Both the position numbers and the translations under genes were made by a program. Of a stretch of DNA of 64,000 nucleotides, positions 1 to 11,544 are shown in pieces; position 1 is the stretch's first letter; the number at the start of each line of letters is the position of its first letter. The notes under the pieces are model-generated. The model did not search any database. It was not told the origin of the DNA and worked only from the letters and a program-made list of their open reading frames with translations. The stretch spans positions 63,676,001 through 63,740,000 of the forward strand of contig NW_024704742.1 in the NCBI RefSeq assembly GCF_018977255.1. Reading direction: 5' to 3'. The DNA is from Callorhinchus milii (taxonomy: Eukaryota).

Positions 1-89
1 TATGATCTCAAAGTAAAGAAATTAAGGCTGTTTTGTATTTCCAGTTGGAATACTTTGCACATAACATATATTCGCTCTAGACTCTAGTT

Positions 90-495
90 TCCCTTAAGCA
101 CTCACAATTTTAAGTTGATCGGAATCATTACACAATACTCAACATAGTCTGGGCTGACACTCCAATACAGTGTTTGGGAAGTGCTGCATTGTCAGAGGTG
201 ACTTGTTCTGGATGAGACTTTAAATCAAGGACCCAACTGCCTGTATAGATGGAGGTTAAATATCCCATGGTACTACTTGAAAAGAGAAGAGAGTTTTCCC
301 CGGTGTCGTGGCCAACAATCCCCCAGATACAATTTGTCATTCACTTCATGGCTGTTTGTGGGTCACTGTTGTGTGCAAATTGGGTTCCGCATTTGCCTAC
401 AAAATACAGTCTCTAATACTTTGCAGTAAATCCTATGTAGCATTTGAGACATTTCAATGTTATACGTGTTTCATCAAATGCAAATATTATTATTT
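90..495 (+). mobile_element. Old diverged Deu-domain SINE (SacSINE1/AmnSINE1-like)
   Basis: GCTGACACTCCA...GTGCTGCATTGTCAGAGGTG...GGATGAGAC...ATCCCATGG body followed by the GCTGTTTGTGGG...GTGTGCAAATTGG Deu core. Confidence 0.7.
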
Positions 496-582
496 GCAAA
501 TACTGTTGGATTTTATCATTACGATGTGGCTGTTGCATAACAAATCATAAAATTAAATGCTTTCCTCTTGTTCTTGTATAAG

Positions 583-651
583 GAGGGAGAATCTACATTG
601 TTCAAAGAAAGTTCAGAGGATATAAAAAAGCCAGACCCTTCTGTTATCCAG
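583..651 (+). CDS. NEK1: NEK1 internal coding exon (EGESTLFKESSEDIKKPDPSVIQ), poorly conserved region
   Basis: Pyrimidine tract plus AG at 581-582, open 69-nt frame and a strong CAG|GTGAGT donor. Phase 0/0 is compatible with the next exon. The peptide itself is not recognisably conserved. Confidence 0.6.
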
Positions 652-664
652 GTGAGTGTTGTGT

Positions 665-1270
665 ATCCCAGGCAGTGCGATACATTATGCAAGTTTCTTT
701 ACTCTACGCGCCTCTGTTTACTTAGCAGTAAGTAGGAACCCGGTTTATTGTTGATTGGCAGATCAGTCTTCAGGGGGTAATAATCCCTTCAAAAAATAAT
801 AATAATTTTAACAATCAATCCCCGACTGTTTGTGGGACACTGCTGTGGGCAAATGGCTGCCATGTTTCACCCACAAATATACAGTCAATTCACTTTACAG
901 TATATTCTGTGAAGCGCTTTGAGACGTCTCGAAGACATGACCATTAGCACGAGGGCTTTCAGCCACTCTGCCCCAATCTCTGGAACTCAATCCCACAGTC
1001 CTTCCACCTCACCCCGCCCCCCCCCCCCCCCGCCTCCTTCAAGACTCATCTCAAGACCCTCCTCTTCGACCGTGCCTTCAGTCACCCTCCAACCACTGCC
1101 CTCCCCGTCCTCCACCACTCTTGATCTCAACAAGCAGCTCTGGTGCAGATCTCTGACTGTCCAGCACCTTGGGATGTCCTCCTGCCGTGAAAGGCGCTGG
1201 ACAAATATAATTTGTTATTGTTGTAATAAGGCACTATATCCAGTGCAAGGATTATTACTATTATTGTTGT
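665..1270 (+). mobile_element. tRNA-Deu-L2 SINE (long variant) interrupted by an L2 3' fragment at 941-1223
   Basis: SINE body runs to ...GAAGACATGA (940), then an L2 3' end with TTG tail, then the SINE tail TAAGGCACTATATCCAGTGCAAGGATTATT resumes. Confidence 0.8.
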
Positions 1271-1274
1271 AAAC

Positions 1275-1870
1275 CACAGTGATCTGGTAAGCGAAAGGAC
1301 CTGGGTTTGATTCCCAGGTGGGGCGAAACCTTGAGCAAGTTTCCCTACTGCACACGCCTGTTTACCTAGCAATAAGTAGGAACCCGTTTATTAGTCAATT
1401 GGAGGATCGCTTTCTGGGGTAATATAATAATAGTAATAATAATAATTCCATTTAAAAAATAAAAGGTCACCGTGCGCAATTGGCTGCAGTTTTCGCCCAC
1501 AAAATATGGTGACGTTGTGGGACCAATTTTTTTTTCAACTCACTTTACAGTATATTGTGTGGGCGAAACGTGGCAGCCAATTTCGCACAGCAGTGTCTCA
1601 CAAACAGATGTGGATTGAGTGACCAATTTATTATTATTATTTTTATTTTTGGAGGGATTATTACCCCCGAAAAGCGATCTGCCAATTGACTAACAACCGG
1701 ATTCCTACTTACTGCTCGGTAAACAACGGCGTGTGGAGTAAGGAAACTTCCTCAACATTTCGCCCTGCCCGGGAATCAAACCCAGGTCTCTTTCTTGCGA
1801 AGCGAGTGCTCTAACCACTGAGCTACAGGATGTGATAAGGTGTTATATCAAATGCTATTATTTATTATTA
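1275..1870. mobile_element. + strand SINE with an antisense SINE copy (~1558-1830) nested in its tail
   Basis: Forward SINE to ...TACAGTATATTGTG, then reverse-complement SINE back to its head (AGCTACAGGA, 1830), then the forward tail TGTGATAAGG...ATCAAATGC. Confidence 0.75.
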
Positions 1871-1947
1871 TGAGTTATGTCTGTCCTCTCTGTGGTGAGT
1901 AATTTACTTTTTAATAATGTGGCGGTGAAACAATTAATGATTAAGTA

Positions 1948-2260
1948 GAGTCCTGTAGCTCAGTGGTTAGAGCACTCGCCTTGCAAGCGAGAGACCTGAG
2001 TTCAATTCCAGGCAGAGGGCGAAACCTTGGGCAAGTTTCCTTACTCCACACAGAGCCTAATAATAATCCCTCCAAAACCAAAACAATAAGAAATTGGTCA
2101 TTTTCAATCTACAACTGTTTGTGGGACATTGCTGTGCTCAATTGGCTGCCGCGTTCGCCCACAAATATACAGTCAATTCACTTTACAGTGTGTTCTGTGA
2201 AGCGCTTTGGGACGTCCTCCCGATGTGAAAAGCGCTATATCAAATGCAAGGATTATTATT
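1948..2260 (+). mobile_element. Young full-length tRNA(Ala)-Deu-L2 SINE
   Basis: A box TAGCTCAGTGG, anticodon arm CTCGC-CTTGCAA-GCGAG, B box GAGTTCAATTCC, Deu core, L2-like tail with (TTA)n. 8-bp TSD ATTAAGTA at 1940-1947 and 2261-2268. Confidence 0.92.
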
Positions 2261-2378
2261 ATTAAGTAATGACCTCGACCTAATTTGGAACTGCTTTACC
2301 CAAACCACCAGAACAGCTATGAATGGACCCTGCGTAGTCTCTTCACATAAGGTAACCGTCTTGTGTCTTTTTATTCAG

Positions 2379-2625
2379 AGGGAGAAACAGGAGATTTTGC
2401 GCAGGTTAAATCAGAATTTCAAAGCTCAGGAAAACCATGATTTGGAGAGAAGGCTGTTCGGAGTAAGTCCGGAAACTCCAAAAGACATTCCTCCACAAGT
2501 GGAAGAACAGAAGGTGGAGGACGGGGCTCAGTCTGCAAGTGAAAGAAAGAGGTGGGAGGCAGAGCCACCTCCCGTCATTCCTCTTGCTCAGCTTACACTT
2601 GAAGAAACCTGCACAGGGATAAAGG
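2379..2625 (+). CDS. NEK1: NEK1 coding exon (REKQEILRRLNQNFKAQE...SERKRWEA...VIPLAQLTLEE)
   Basis: ttattcAG acceptor and G|GTAAG donor. The peptide resembles the recalled vertebrate NEK1 segments EILRRLNENLKAQE and SDRKKWEAG...VIPLDELTLD. Confidence 0.92.
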
Positions 2626-3049
2626 GTAAGCGTGAAGCAGGAATGCATAGGAGCAGGAATGGATAGAACCAGATCCATCTGCAGTCCCAGTATAAAAGTA
2701 AAAGTATACAAGTAAAACATACTCCATTTTTTGTATTGCTCCATTGACTTCAACAAATAACTATCTGATCCTCCAGTGCCTCCCTGAGTAATCTATTCCA
2801 CATATACAATAAAGTAACCTTAACACTCGCTCAAAATAAAAGGTATATGTAATTTAAGCTTAGAAATGTAGGAGTAAGGTAAGATACGTATGTAGTGTGT
2901 ACTATTAAAAGACATTGGCTTCTTCTGTAAAGCACACGCATTTTAGTACTACTTCAGCCACTGTTGCAGCATGTAAACTAACCATTTAACCCAACTAGTT
3001 CCTCATGGTGCTTATAGTGTGTGTGTGTGTAAGCAGAGATATTTTTTAT

Positions 3050-3852
3050 TCATAGAATGTTACGGCACAGAAGGAGGCCATTCGGCCCATCGAGTCTGTG
3101 CCGGCTCTTTGACAGAGCAAGTCACTTTCACTAACCCCAACCACCAGCTTTCTTCCCATAACCCTGCAAACCCGTCTTCTCCAGACACCTATCCAGTTCT
3201 CTCTTAAAAGCTGTTATCGAATCGGACTTCACTGCCCTTTCAGGCAGATCATTCCAAATTCGAACAACTCGCTGAGTGAAAAAATTTCTTCTAACCTCCC
3301 CTCTGCTTCTTTTGGTAGATATCTTAAGACTGTGACCACGAGTTACAGACACACCTACCAGTGGAAACAGCTTTTCCCTATCTCGCCTGTCGAAACCTTT
3401 CATGATCTTGAAGACCTCTACCAGGTCCCCACGTAACCTTTTCTGCTCTAATGGGAAAATCCTAACTCCTCCAGCCTGTCCTCATAGTTAAGGTTCCCCA
3501 TTCCTGGTATCATTCTCGTGAATCTCCTCTGCATCCTTTCCTGTGCCTTAATGTCCTTCCTGAAGTAAGGTGCCCAGAACTGGACGCAGTACTCAAGCTG
3601 AGGCCTAACCAGTGATTTGTATAGATTAACCATAACCTCCCTACTCTTATACTCTATGCCCCTACTAATGAAGCTCAGTACACTAAATGCCTTTTTTACT
3701 GCCTTATCTACCTGCCCCACTACCTTTAATGATTCGCTTACTTCAACACTCAGATCTCTCTGTATGTTCACCCCCCTTAAGATTGAGCTACCAAGTCTAT
3801 ATTGCCTCCTATCATTTTTCCTACCTAAGTGTATCACCTCACACTTATCACA
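3050..3852 (-). mobile_element. CR1-clade LINE 3' fragment (end of ORF2 RT, frameshifted, plus 3' UTR)
   Basis: Minus-strand peptides LYKSLVRPQLEYCVQFWAPYFRKDI...QRRFTRMIPG and TRGHSLKI...RRNFFTQRVVRIWNDLP, both typical of CR1. Confidence 0.92.
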
Positions 3853-4558
3853 TTGATATGTGTGTGTATTGTAAACCAGTTTGTCCTAAATTAAAATCCA
3901 AGTAGAATACAATTGTGCACAGAGAACTGTGATGATGTCACTCACAGTTGCTCCTTTCATTTAGTTTGTAACTAATCTGGCTACTATTTTGTGACTAATC
4001 TGGGTAACAAAATCTATTTCAGCGTTGTGAACTCACTCAGTACGCGACAGTTAGCTCAATAACATCACCCAGACCACAGGGTGAAGTTATTATTAAAAAT
4101 GTATCTTTTTAGCCACTACACCAGAGAAATCCAACACCGAGAAAAGTGAGCTAACTGCAATGTTTTTTATTACACCTTGAGAAAAATATTCAGGTTAATT
4201 TGGAAATGTTACTTAAATTCAAAACTTTAGACTGAAATACAACATAGGATGTATGCCTATTTTAAAGAAAACAACTGCTTTGGTTAAGATTACACTCTAA
4301 TGGAATGTTTAAATAGTGCTGATTTTCTAGTATTTTAGGATGTCAGTGCGGCTCAGTTGGAATTGCTCCTCCCTCACTTCTGGGTAGAAGGTTGTGAACT
4401 CAAAGCCCAATATTGGGTCTTGAGATTAATAGTCTAGACTGACAGTCCAGTGAAATGTCTGGTAAATGCTGAATTATCAGAGGTGCGTCCATCGACTTTT
4501 GGAATAGAGAAAAGATCTCTTTTTTGTGCCTATTTTAGAATTCCTTAGAATATTTGTG

Positions 4559-4870
4559 GAGTTCTGTAGCTCAGTGGTTAGAGCACTCGCCTCTCAAGCG
4601 AGAGACCTGGGTTTGATTCCCAGCAGGGTGAAACCTTGGGCAAATTTCCTTACTCCACACGCCTGATAATAATCCCTCAAGAAAAAAAAATTGGTCACTT
4701 CAATCCACGACTGTTTGTGGGACATTGCTGTGCGCAATTGGCTGCCGCGCTTCACCCACAAATATACAGTCAATTCACTTTACAGTATATTCTGTGAAGC
4801 GCTTTGAGACGTCTAGAAGATGTGAAAAGCGCTGTATCAAATCCAAGGATTATTATTGTTATTATTGTTG
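4559..4870 (+). mobile_element. Full-length tRNA-Deu-L2 SINE
   Basis: Same family as 1948-2260; hairpin loop variant TAGAA; possible TSD TTGTG. Confidence 0.9.
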
Positions 4871-4951
4871 TGAAGTAAATGTTTTTGAGACATCTCATGA
4901 TCTTGATTTCGATGCTTAGAATAATTTTTTTCAAAAATAAATTCCAACTAG

Positions 4952-5110
4952 TTCAAACTGAAGGGGAAGTCATCAAACTGTTTAGTAAAGACGAACCTCG
5001 AAAGGTGTGGGAGAAAGATCCTTCTGATACTATTTTGAAAGTATTGGGAGAAGCGGATCTGCAACTACAGACTGGAACATTGTCAGGAGCAACAGCTAAT
5101 CAAAATGACG
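4952..5110 (+). CDS. NEK1: NEK1 coding exon (VQTEGEVIKL...PRKVWEKDPSDTILKVLGEADLQLQT)
   Basis: caactAG acceptor, G|GTAAGC donor, phase 1/1. Matches the NEK1 motif GEVIKL...[26 protein letters not shown]. Confidence 0.93.
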
Positions 5111-5365
5111 GTAAGCAGGCAGGATAGTCTCAGTAGCCCACACTGGAGGAAGGGGAAACGTACCTACCACCGACTTCCATATGCAAGAACAAAATTCAAC
5201 TCATTGTATTTATTTGGTCAGCTATGTGTTTGACACACGAGCAAACCTATTGCCATGCTTAAGTGTATTGAAACCAGACTGAGATTTCCACATATGTAAA
5301 GAACCTCACATTCAAATTCCCTGCCTCTGAAATGGAGCTCGCACACTCTCCCCAGAGAGATGTAC

Positions 5366-5657
5366 CCTTGCAAGTGAGAGACCTGAGTTCAATCCCCGGC
5401 AGGTCAGGGCGAAACCTTGGGCAAGTTTCCTTACTCCACACAGAGCCTAATAATAATCCCTCCAAAACAAAACAATAATAAATTGGTCATTTTCAATCCT
5501 CGACTGTTTGTGGGACATTGCTGTGCGCAATTGGCTGCCGCGTTCGCCCACAAATATACAGTCAATTCACTTTACAGTCTATTCTGTGAAGCGCTTTGGG
5601 ACGTCCTCCCGACGTGAAAAGCGCTATATCAAATGCAAGGATTATTATTATTATTAT
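5366..5657 (+). mobile_element. 5'-truncated young SINE
   Basis: Starts in the anticodon loop and is nearly identical to the 1948 copy. TSD TACCCT at 5363-5368 and 5658-5663. Confidence 0.9.
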
Positions 5658-6395
5658 TACCCTGTCTCTATACCTAATTCTGTGGAGTATTAGCAGGTTG
5701 GCATGAGCTAAGGCTTAGGGATCCCAGAGTGTGTATTTGGGTCCTACTAGAGTTTAATCAGCTAAAACTGCATAGGTTGGTTGCTGTTGATATCACTGTC
5801 TGGAAGCTTCCCGCTGCTTGTCTTGCTAGGACCACCCTACCTGTTAGGACTTTGGTTTGTAGTGTTAACAGGAGCTGATTGAGGAGAATCCCTGATCTCA
5901 GTGACCAATCTGTCCTTGCGAGTCCTGTTGATGAACCAGGCTGCCTGAGCTGTCATTAGCAGTACTGTGGAGTACTGCAGACCTGCCTGTCTTGGGATCT
6001 GAACTACTGAGACTGCCATAGAGGATTGAATTAATTCCAATATTCCATTGCCCATCATGTCATTTTGAGCCAGCTCAGGTTTCAGGGAGATCCCGCTTAC
6101 CTCAGCCCCCACCCACGCATGGACCTATGCACCAGAGCAAACATTGGTGCTTTGAACGGGGGAGAAAATGGCAAACAAAAGCAAGTGTGTGAGTAATAGC
6201 AGACATTAATTTTGGATTCAAGCTTGTTTTACATGAAAATGTTTTGTTTTAGAATAAATCAATTGTCTCTCTATGAACAACTAAGTTCAGTGTAAATGTA
6301 AAGAAGTAGATGTTTGTACTTACTGAAGGTACTGAAAGACCGCTTAGCCTAAAATTAAGTCGCTAATCTACAGTTTGATTTTTGCTTCTACCCAG

Positions 6396-6605
6396 CTGAA
6401 GGCTGCTTGAATCAAACTGACCAGATACTTACTGTAGTGGTTGATACTGCAAACAACAAAGCCACAGTGGTCATTGACCAGTCAATGAAAGAAGAAATGA
6501 CAAAAAAGAATATTGTTTCAGGTGATTTCAAAAGTGATGATTTGCACCCAACTGAAGAACCTACTTCAATCTCAAAAACAGCAGTGTTTGATGGCAAGAT
6601 AGAAG
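6396..6605 (+). CDS. NEK1: NEK1 coding exon (AEGCLNQTDQ...FDGKIE)
   Basis: cttctacccAG acceptor, AAG|GTACA donor, open frame, and phase 1/1 fits both neighbours. Sequence conservation is low. Confidence 0.8.
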
Positions 6606-7756
6606 GTACATTCTGTTTCACAGCTCGTTCTCAATCAGATGTCACTGTATTCTGGGATAAATCAATAGTGTTCTGGAACAAGTAAATCAATAGTGTTCTG
6701 GAACAAGTGTATGGCTATTGAAAGGGATATTATGATAATAAAAGAAAACATTGGCTAAGTGGGTGGTTTGATGGCTACCTTCCATCATGAACAATGGAAG
6801 AAGTTTGTTATCCTTCTTCCAAGGAACTGAATCTATTATTTTACAAGACTGCTTTTGTTTTGGAGTCTCTCTCCCACATTTGCTGACCTTAGGCATGAAT
6901 CCAACCTCTGTTCCATTTTCATCACAGCTATTTGTATCTTCAATTTCACTTCTAAGAAAGGCTGTTTCAGAGAAAATCCTCTTGTGTCTAAATTCAAGAA
7001 TATAGTGTAAAAGTATAAGTATAATCTTTCTCACTTTTCTCTGGCTGCTCATGATTTATACCCAAGTAGTTTGTTTCATGGTGTAACATGGCAATAAGCA
7101 TATCACAATAAAAATACTTTCTTAGCTTGGGTCCTGTACATCATTTGTTAATCTTCACCACAATTTTATTTCCCTTCCATCTTGGAGTCCTCTGCCTTGC
7201 CCCTGCTGCCCCTTAAGACTGACCTCTTCAACCACATGAAAAGCGCAATATAAATGTAAATATTGTTTTCAGTTGTAATGACTGAACCATAAGAGCATCT
7301 GAGTGACTGATATTTCCCTACAAATAGACAACACTTGATAACAAATGCATACTTATAAAAATCAAACAAGTCCAAACTAAACCATAGATGACAGTGTTAG
7401 TTTTTTCTTCACTCTAATGATCCAATTTCTCAATCATCTGTCATTCACCAGTCCTGTATTCCCCTATCACCATTCTCCTTAAATTCTTCCATGGAATTCC
7501 TTCTGACTTTGCTGCTATCAACAGGTTGACACTGACTCCAATTCCCAGTCTCCAAAATCAAACCCAGCCTCTGAACCCTGACCCAAACAACTTTAAAGAT
7601 AATAATAACTTATATTTATATAAAATCTTTCACATTAATGTTTCAAGTGCTTTACAAAATATAGTTGATTAGAAATTAAGTGAAATTAAAATCTTTGTGC
7701 TTTTAAAAAGCGTAATTAAAACATTTGCAGTATGTCTTTTTGGATATTCTCTGCAG

Positions 7757-7871
7757 AACCGGATGACTTAGAAGCTGAGATGTTAGAAGAAGGAAAAATA
7801 ATCAATCGAGATGAAGTCCCTGTAGCTCCAATCAGTACTGATGCTTGGGAAAAAGAGACTCCGTCAGCAAG
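7757..7871 (+). CDS. NEK1: NEK1 coding exon (EPDDLEAEMLEE...TDAWEKETPSA)
   Basis: ctctgcAG acceptor, AAG|GTAAAC donor, phase 1/2. Matches NEK1 EPDDLETEILQE...TDVW. Confidence 0.9.
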
Positions 7872-8024
7872 GTAAACGAAAATGACAGGGTTTTCTTTAA
7901 GCTTTATTTAAAACAATCAGATCACCTTGCAAAATACAAATTGACTCGACTATTGACTGAACAATTCTTCCATCATGAATTATACCATTGCTACAGTACC
8001 ACGCTGTGTAGCAACTCTTTCTAT

Positions 8025-8290
8025 TTCTAACATTGTGTTAGAAGGCAAGGGAGGGGGGCGAGGCAAAGGCTGAAGTCCCGAATGCTCATGGTAGGGCAGG
8101 TGGGGTACGTGGAGCATGCCAGAATACACTGAGCGAAGGAAGTGAACAGGTCAGTATGGAGTTAGCAGGTCAAAGCAAGGCAGTGGAGAACAGCAAGGAC
8201 GAGGGTTTTGAGGGTCTATCTCTGAGGGATGTGGAGCTGGGCGAGGATGCTGGTGATAGGTTCACAGAGCTTGGTGAGGGAGAGAACAGT
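8025..8290 (-). mobile_element. Degraded L2 LINE 3' fragment
   Basis: Diverged reverse complement of the element at 9166-10102. Confidence 0.6.
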
Positions 8291-8647
8291 GAATAGTGTT
8301 GTGCAATCTTTCTGTCCACCTAAACTGGTGAAATCACATTTCTACCACATATCAGTAAACGTGCTAATAAAATCCAATAACATTTGCAAGAAGACAATGA
8401 TCCTTTTTGTTTAAATTGAATATAGAATCAAAATTAATTCTCTAAACCAGTTGGAGAATTGGTTCAGAGAATTAGCAGCTTGACCAGAAGCACATTTCCA
8501 TTATAAACCCAATATATATCCTATGTATGAGAAAGGGATTTTTCCCATCACTTATTTTTCTGTGTAAACATTTGTTTCTGCCATATAAAAAATTCTGCTG
8601 TCGCAACACATATGTTTATCTTCTTGTTTTGCTGTGTTTCAACCCAG

Positions 8648-8745
8648 ACCAGTAGATGGTGCTGTCCCTCAGCACAAGAAGACTGAAGATGAGCCCAAGA
8701 CCACAGAGAAGGGTGCTGATCAAACTGAAAGCAAAGCTGATACAG
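8648..8745 (+). CDS. NEK1: NEK1 coding exon (RPVDGAVPQHKKTEDEPKTTEKGADQTESKADT)
   Basis: aacccAG acceptor and CAG|GTTAC donor. Its phase 2/1 is what is needed to join the flanking exons in frame. Confidence 0.78.
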
Positions 8746-9165
8746 GTTACTCTGTTCACATTTCTCAAACTAAGTGGCTGTTCCTCTGTTCCTCTTTTAC
8801 CATTTAGAATCAATAGTTTTACTTCCTTTTCGGTTCTAAATCACTATGGGGAAATGTAGGTAATGCAGGAATTTAAGTATTTTATCTGATTTTCTTAAGA
8901 TGCTAAACCAGTTATTGATTTGGAGTGTTTATTATAAATTAGGAAACAATACTTTCCTTATGACGGATATTCATACTCGCAGGAATGGAAATTCAGGAGC
9001 ATTTGGTTGAATAAATAATCGTATACTACTCTCTTTCCTATTCCTTAGACAATTTATTCACCAAATAGTTAATTCTCTCTCCAGTGTGCTGGCACAGTCT
9101 GCCTCTCTGGGTAATCTACACTAAATTTACCATTCACTGTGGAAAGTAATTAAATCTATACTTCC

Positions 9166-10102
9166 CGAGGCCCTCCTGATTGGCTCACGCCAGCGCCTCC
9201 GCACCTCAGGCGCCGACACCATCAGCATCCAAGGCTGCACTCTCCACCTCTCAAAGCCAGTCAGGAACCTCGGGGTTCTGTTCGACCCTGAGCTGTCCTT
9301 TCTCCCTCACATCCGCACCACAACTGGCACCGCCTTCCATCACCTCCGGAACATCGCCAGACTATGGCATTACCTCACCCCTCACGCGGCTGAAACCCTG
9401 GTCCACGCCTTTATCACCTCAAGGCTGGACTATGGGAACTCTCTCCTCGCCGGCCTTCCCGCCACCTCCCTCCACACTGCAGGTCATTCAGAACTCTGCA
9501 GCTCGTGTACTGTCCCGCACCAGGACCACATCACTCCCACCCTCGCTCGCCTCCACTGGCTCCCCATCCCCCAGAGGATTGATTTCAAGATCCTCATCCT
9601 CACCTACAAGGCCATTCACGGCCTTGCTCCCTCCTACCTCTCCAACCTACTATCCCCTACCTACCTGCCCGTACCCTCCGTTCCTCCGGCTCCGGTCTGC
9701 TCCACATCCCCCGCCCCAACCGCCCTACCATCGGTGGTCGGGCCTTCAGCCTCTCAGCCCCCAGGCTCTGGAACTCCATCCCCCAGTGCCTTCGCCGCTT
9801 CCTCCCTTTCCTCCTTCAAGGCCGGTCTCAAAACCTTTCTCTTTGACCGAGCCTTCAGCTCCCCTCTCGACTCTCTTCCCCCTCCTCGCTCCCTCCCTTC
9901 CCTCCCCTCACCCTGACCATTTCCCCCTCCTCGCTCCCTCCCTTCCCTCCCCTCACCATTTCCCCCCTGCTCGCTCCCTCCCTTCCCTCCCCTCACCCTG
10001 ACCATTTCCCCCCTGCTCGGGTCATGACCCAATTGTGCAGCGCCTTGGGACGTCCTCCTGACGTGAAAGGCGCTTTATAAATGGAATCTTGTTGTTGTTG
10101 TT
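9166..10102 (+). mobile_element. Young L2-clade LINE 3' fragment with (TTG)n tail
   Basis: Encodes L2 ORF2 C-terminal motifs (LVHAFITSRLDYGNSLL, LHWLPIPQRIDFKIL). Ends in the stem-loop plus ...AAATGGAATCTTGTTGTTGTT. Nearly identical to 27857-28588. Confidence 0.93.
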
Positions 10103-10202
10103 CTTTTCACATGAAACTCAATTCTGTGTTTTTTAATTGAAAAACAGCCTGATGCATTCTTGCCTTTTCCATATTTTTAATACTTTTTTTTTGCATAAAC
10201 AG

Positions 10203-10405
10203 AATCTCGCACTGATGAAGCTCTACAAAGTCGACCTTTTTTCGAAAAGATGCCCCGAGCAGCAGTGTTGTCAAGAGAGTCCTCTCAGGAAGAGTCACCA
10301 GTGTTCAAACTAATGTTCTTTTCCACATCACCAGCGAAATCCAAAGGCAAAAGTTCTCTACTGATCGGGTTGTCAACTGGATTGTTTGATGCAAACAACC
10401 CAAAG
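10203..10405 (+). CDS. NEK1: NEK1 coding exon (...KSKGKSSLLIGLSTGLFDANNPK)
   Basis: aaacAG acceptor and AAG|GTATG donor. SLLIGLSTGLFDANNPK is a hallmark NEK1 motif. Confidence 0.96.
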
Positions 10406-10799
10406 GTATGGAAGCATTGCGTACCGCATTGCTCAATAATATTAGATAATATTGACCTTCAATAACTATATTCTAATCATGCTTTTTTTTAGTCCATTGC
10501 TTATGATTTTATTTTGAAGTTGTATTTGTTTCCGAGGAAATTAAATGATGAAAAGTTCATCATAACCTTGCATGGTCAAAGGACTAAACACTTAAGTTAT
10601 GAGAGCAATTTCTCAGCCAGATCTTTTTATTGGAATAATATTCTTTTACTTGCAAAAGAAAAGGTTTTAAGTGTTGGAAAAAGTTAATACAAGTGCAAGG
10701 GAAAAATGACTAAAAGAGTGGCCAAAGAGGTATGTTTTGAGATGTATCTTGAATGGGGGAGGTAGTTAGGGATAATTCAATCCTTTTTTTTCTTTTTTC

Positions 10800-11185
10800 C
10801 CCTCAATGCTTTGCGCTCCATGGTCTTGCCTGTGACCTTTCAAATCCTTACCAACCTGACTACTCCCTCCAATCAGCAGGCACTGGCTTGCTTCACATCG
10901 CCTGCCCGTCCCACCATCGGCAGTCGGGCTTTCAGTCTTACTGCCCCACACTTTGGACCTCCATCCTACATCTTGCCCCTTCCCTCACCTTGCTCCTTCC
11001 CTCCATTCTTTCAAGGTCCTTATGAAGACCTTCCTCTTTGGTTGTGCCTTTGATCATCTTTCTCTCACCACCTTCGCTCTCCCTCCTGAATCCAGCCCCT
11101 AACTCGGGTGCAAATCATAGACTGGCCAGCACACTGGGATGTGCTCCCGTCCACCCAATTTGAAAAGCGCTGTGTAAATTGAATT
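10800..11185 (+). mobile_element. Diverged L2 3' fragment
   Basis: Similar to the distal part of 9166-10102, ending in TGAAAAGCGCTGTGTAAAT. Confidence 0.7.
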
Positions 11186-11395
11186 TTTTTTTATGTTCAA
11201 ACTGGAAAAACTGAGGTCCCTTCTTATTCAGGTCAATGTTAAAGATCCCATATAAGTGTCCTGGTCATCATTTCCCTCACAAAATGTCATGTCTTTTTTG
11301 TGGGGCATTATTATGTACAAACTGGCTGCTCTGTTTATCTACAAATAGACAGTCAGTACATTTCAAAGTAAAATCTTGTACATTTCTTCTCCCAG

Positions 11396-11544
11396 ATGCT
11401 GAGAACCTGTTCACTTCCTGATCTCAGTAAACTGTTCAAGACATTTGAAGACAATAATACAACAGATGTGCCAGAGGATAACCTTGAATTGGACGATTTG
11501 GAAGATGAGCCAAACAAGGAAGATGACCACTCTGAGTTAGACAC
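11396..11544 (+). CDS. NEK1: NEK1 coding exon (MLRTCSLPDLSKLFKT...)
   Basis: ttcttctcccAG acceptor and AC|GTGTGT donor (phase 2). MLRTCSLPDLSKLF is conserved in NEK1. Confidence 0.96.

Noticed and set aside
1948..2020. tRNA-Ala(TGC)-like sequence, also at 4559, 12795, 27594, 38097, 40530 and 53594
   Set aside because: The A/B boxes and anticodon arm are present, but there is no proper acceptor stem and each copy continues into the SINE body. These are SINE heads, not tRNA genes.
1963..2265. Recurrent ORF family (MVRALALQARDL.../[23 protein letters not shown]...) seen many times in the ORF track
   Set aside because: Chance open frames in SINE copies. They shift frame between copies and show no sign of coding constraint.
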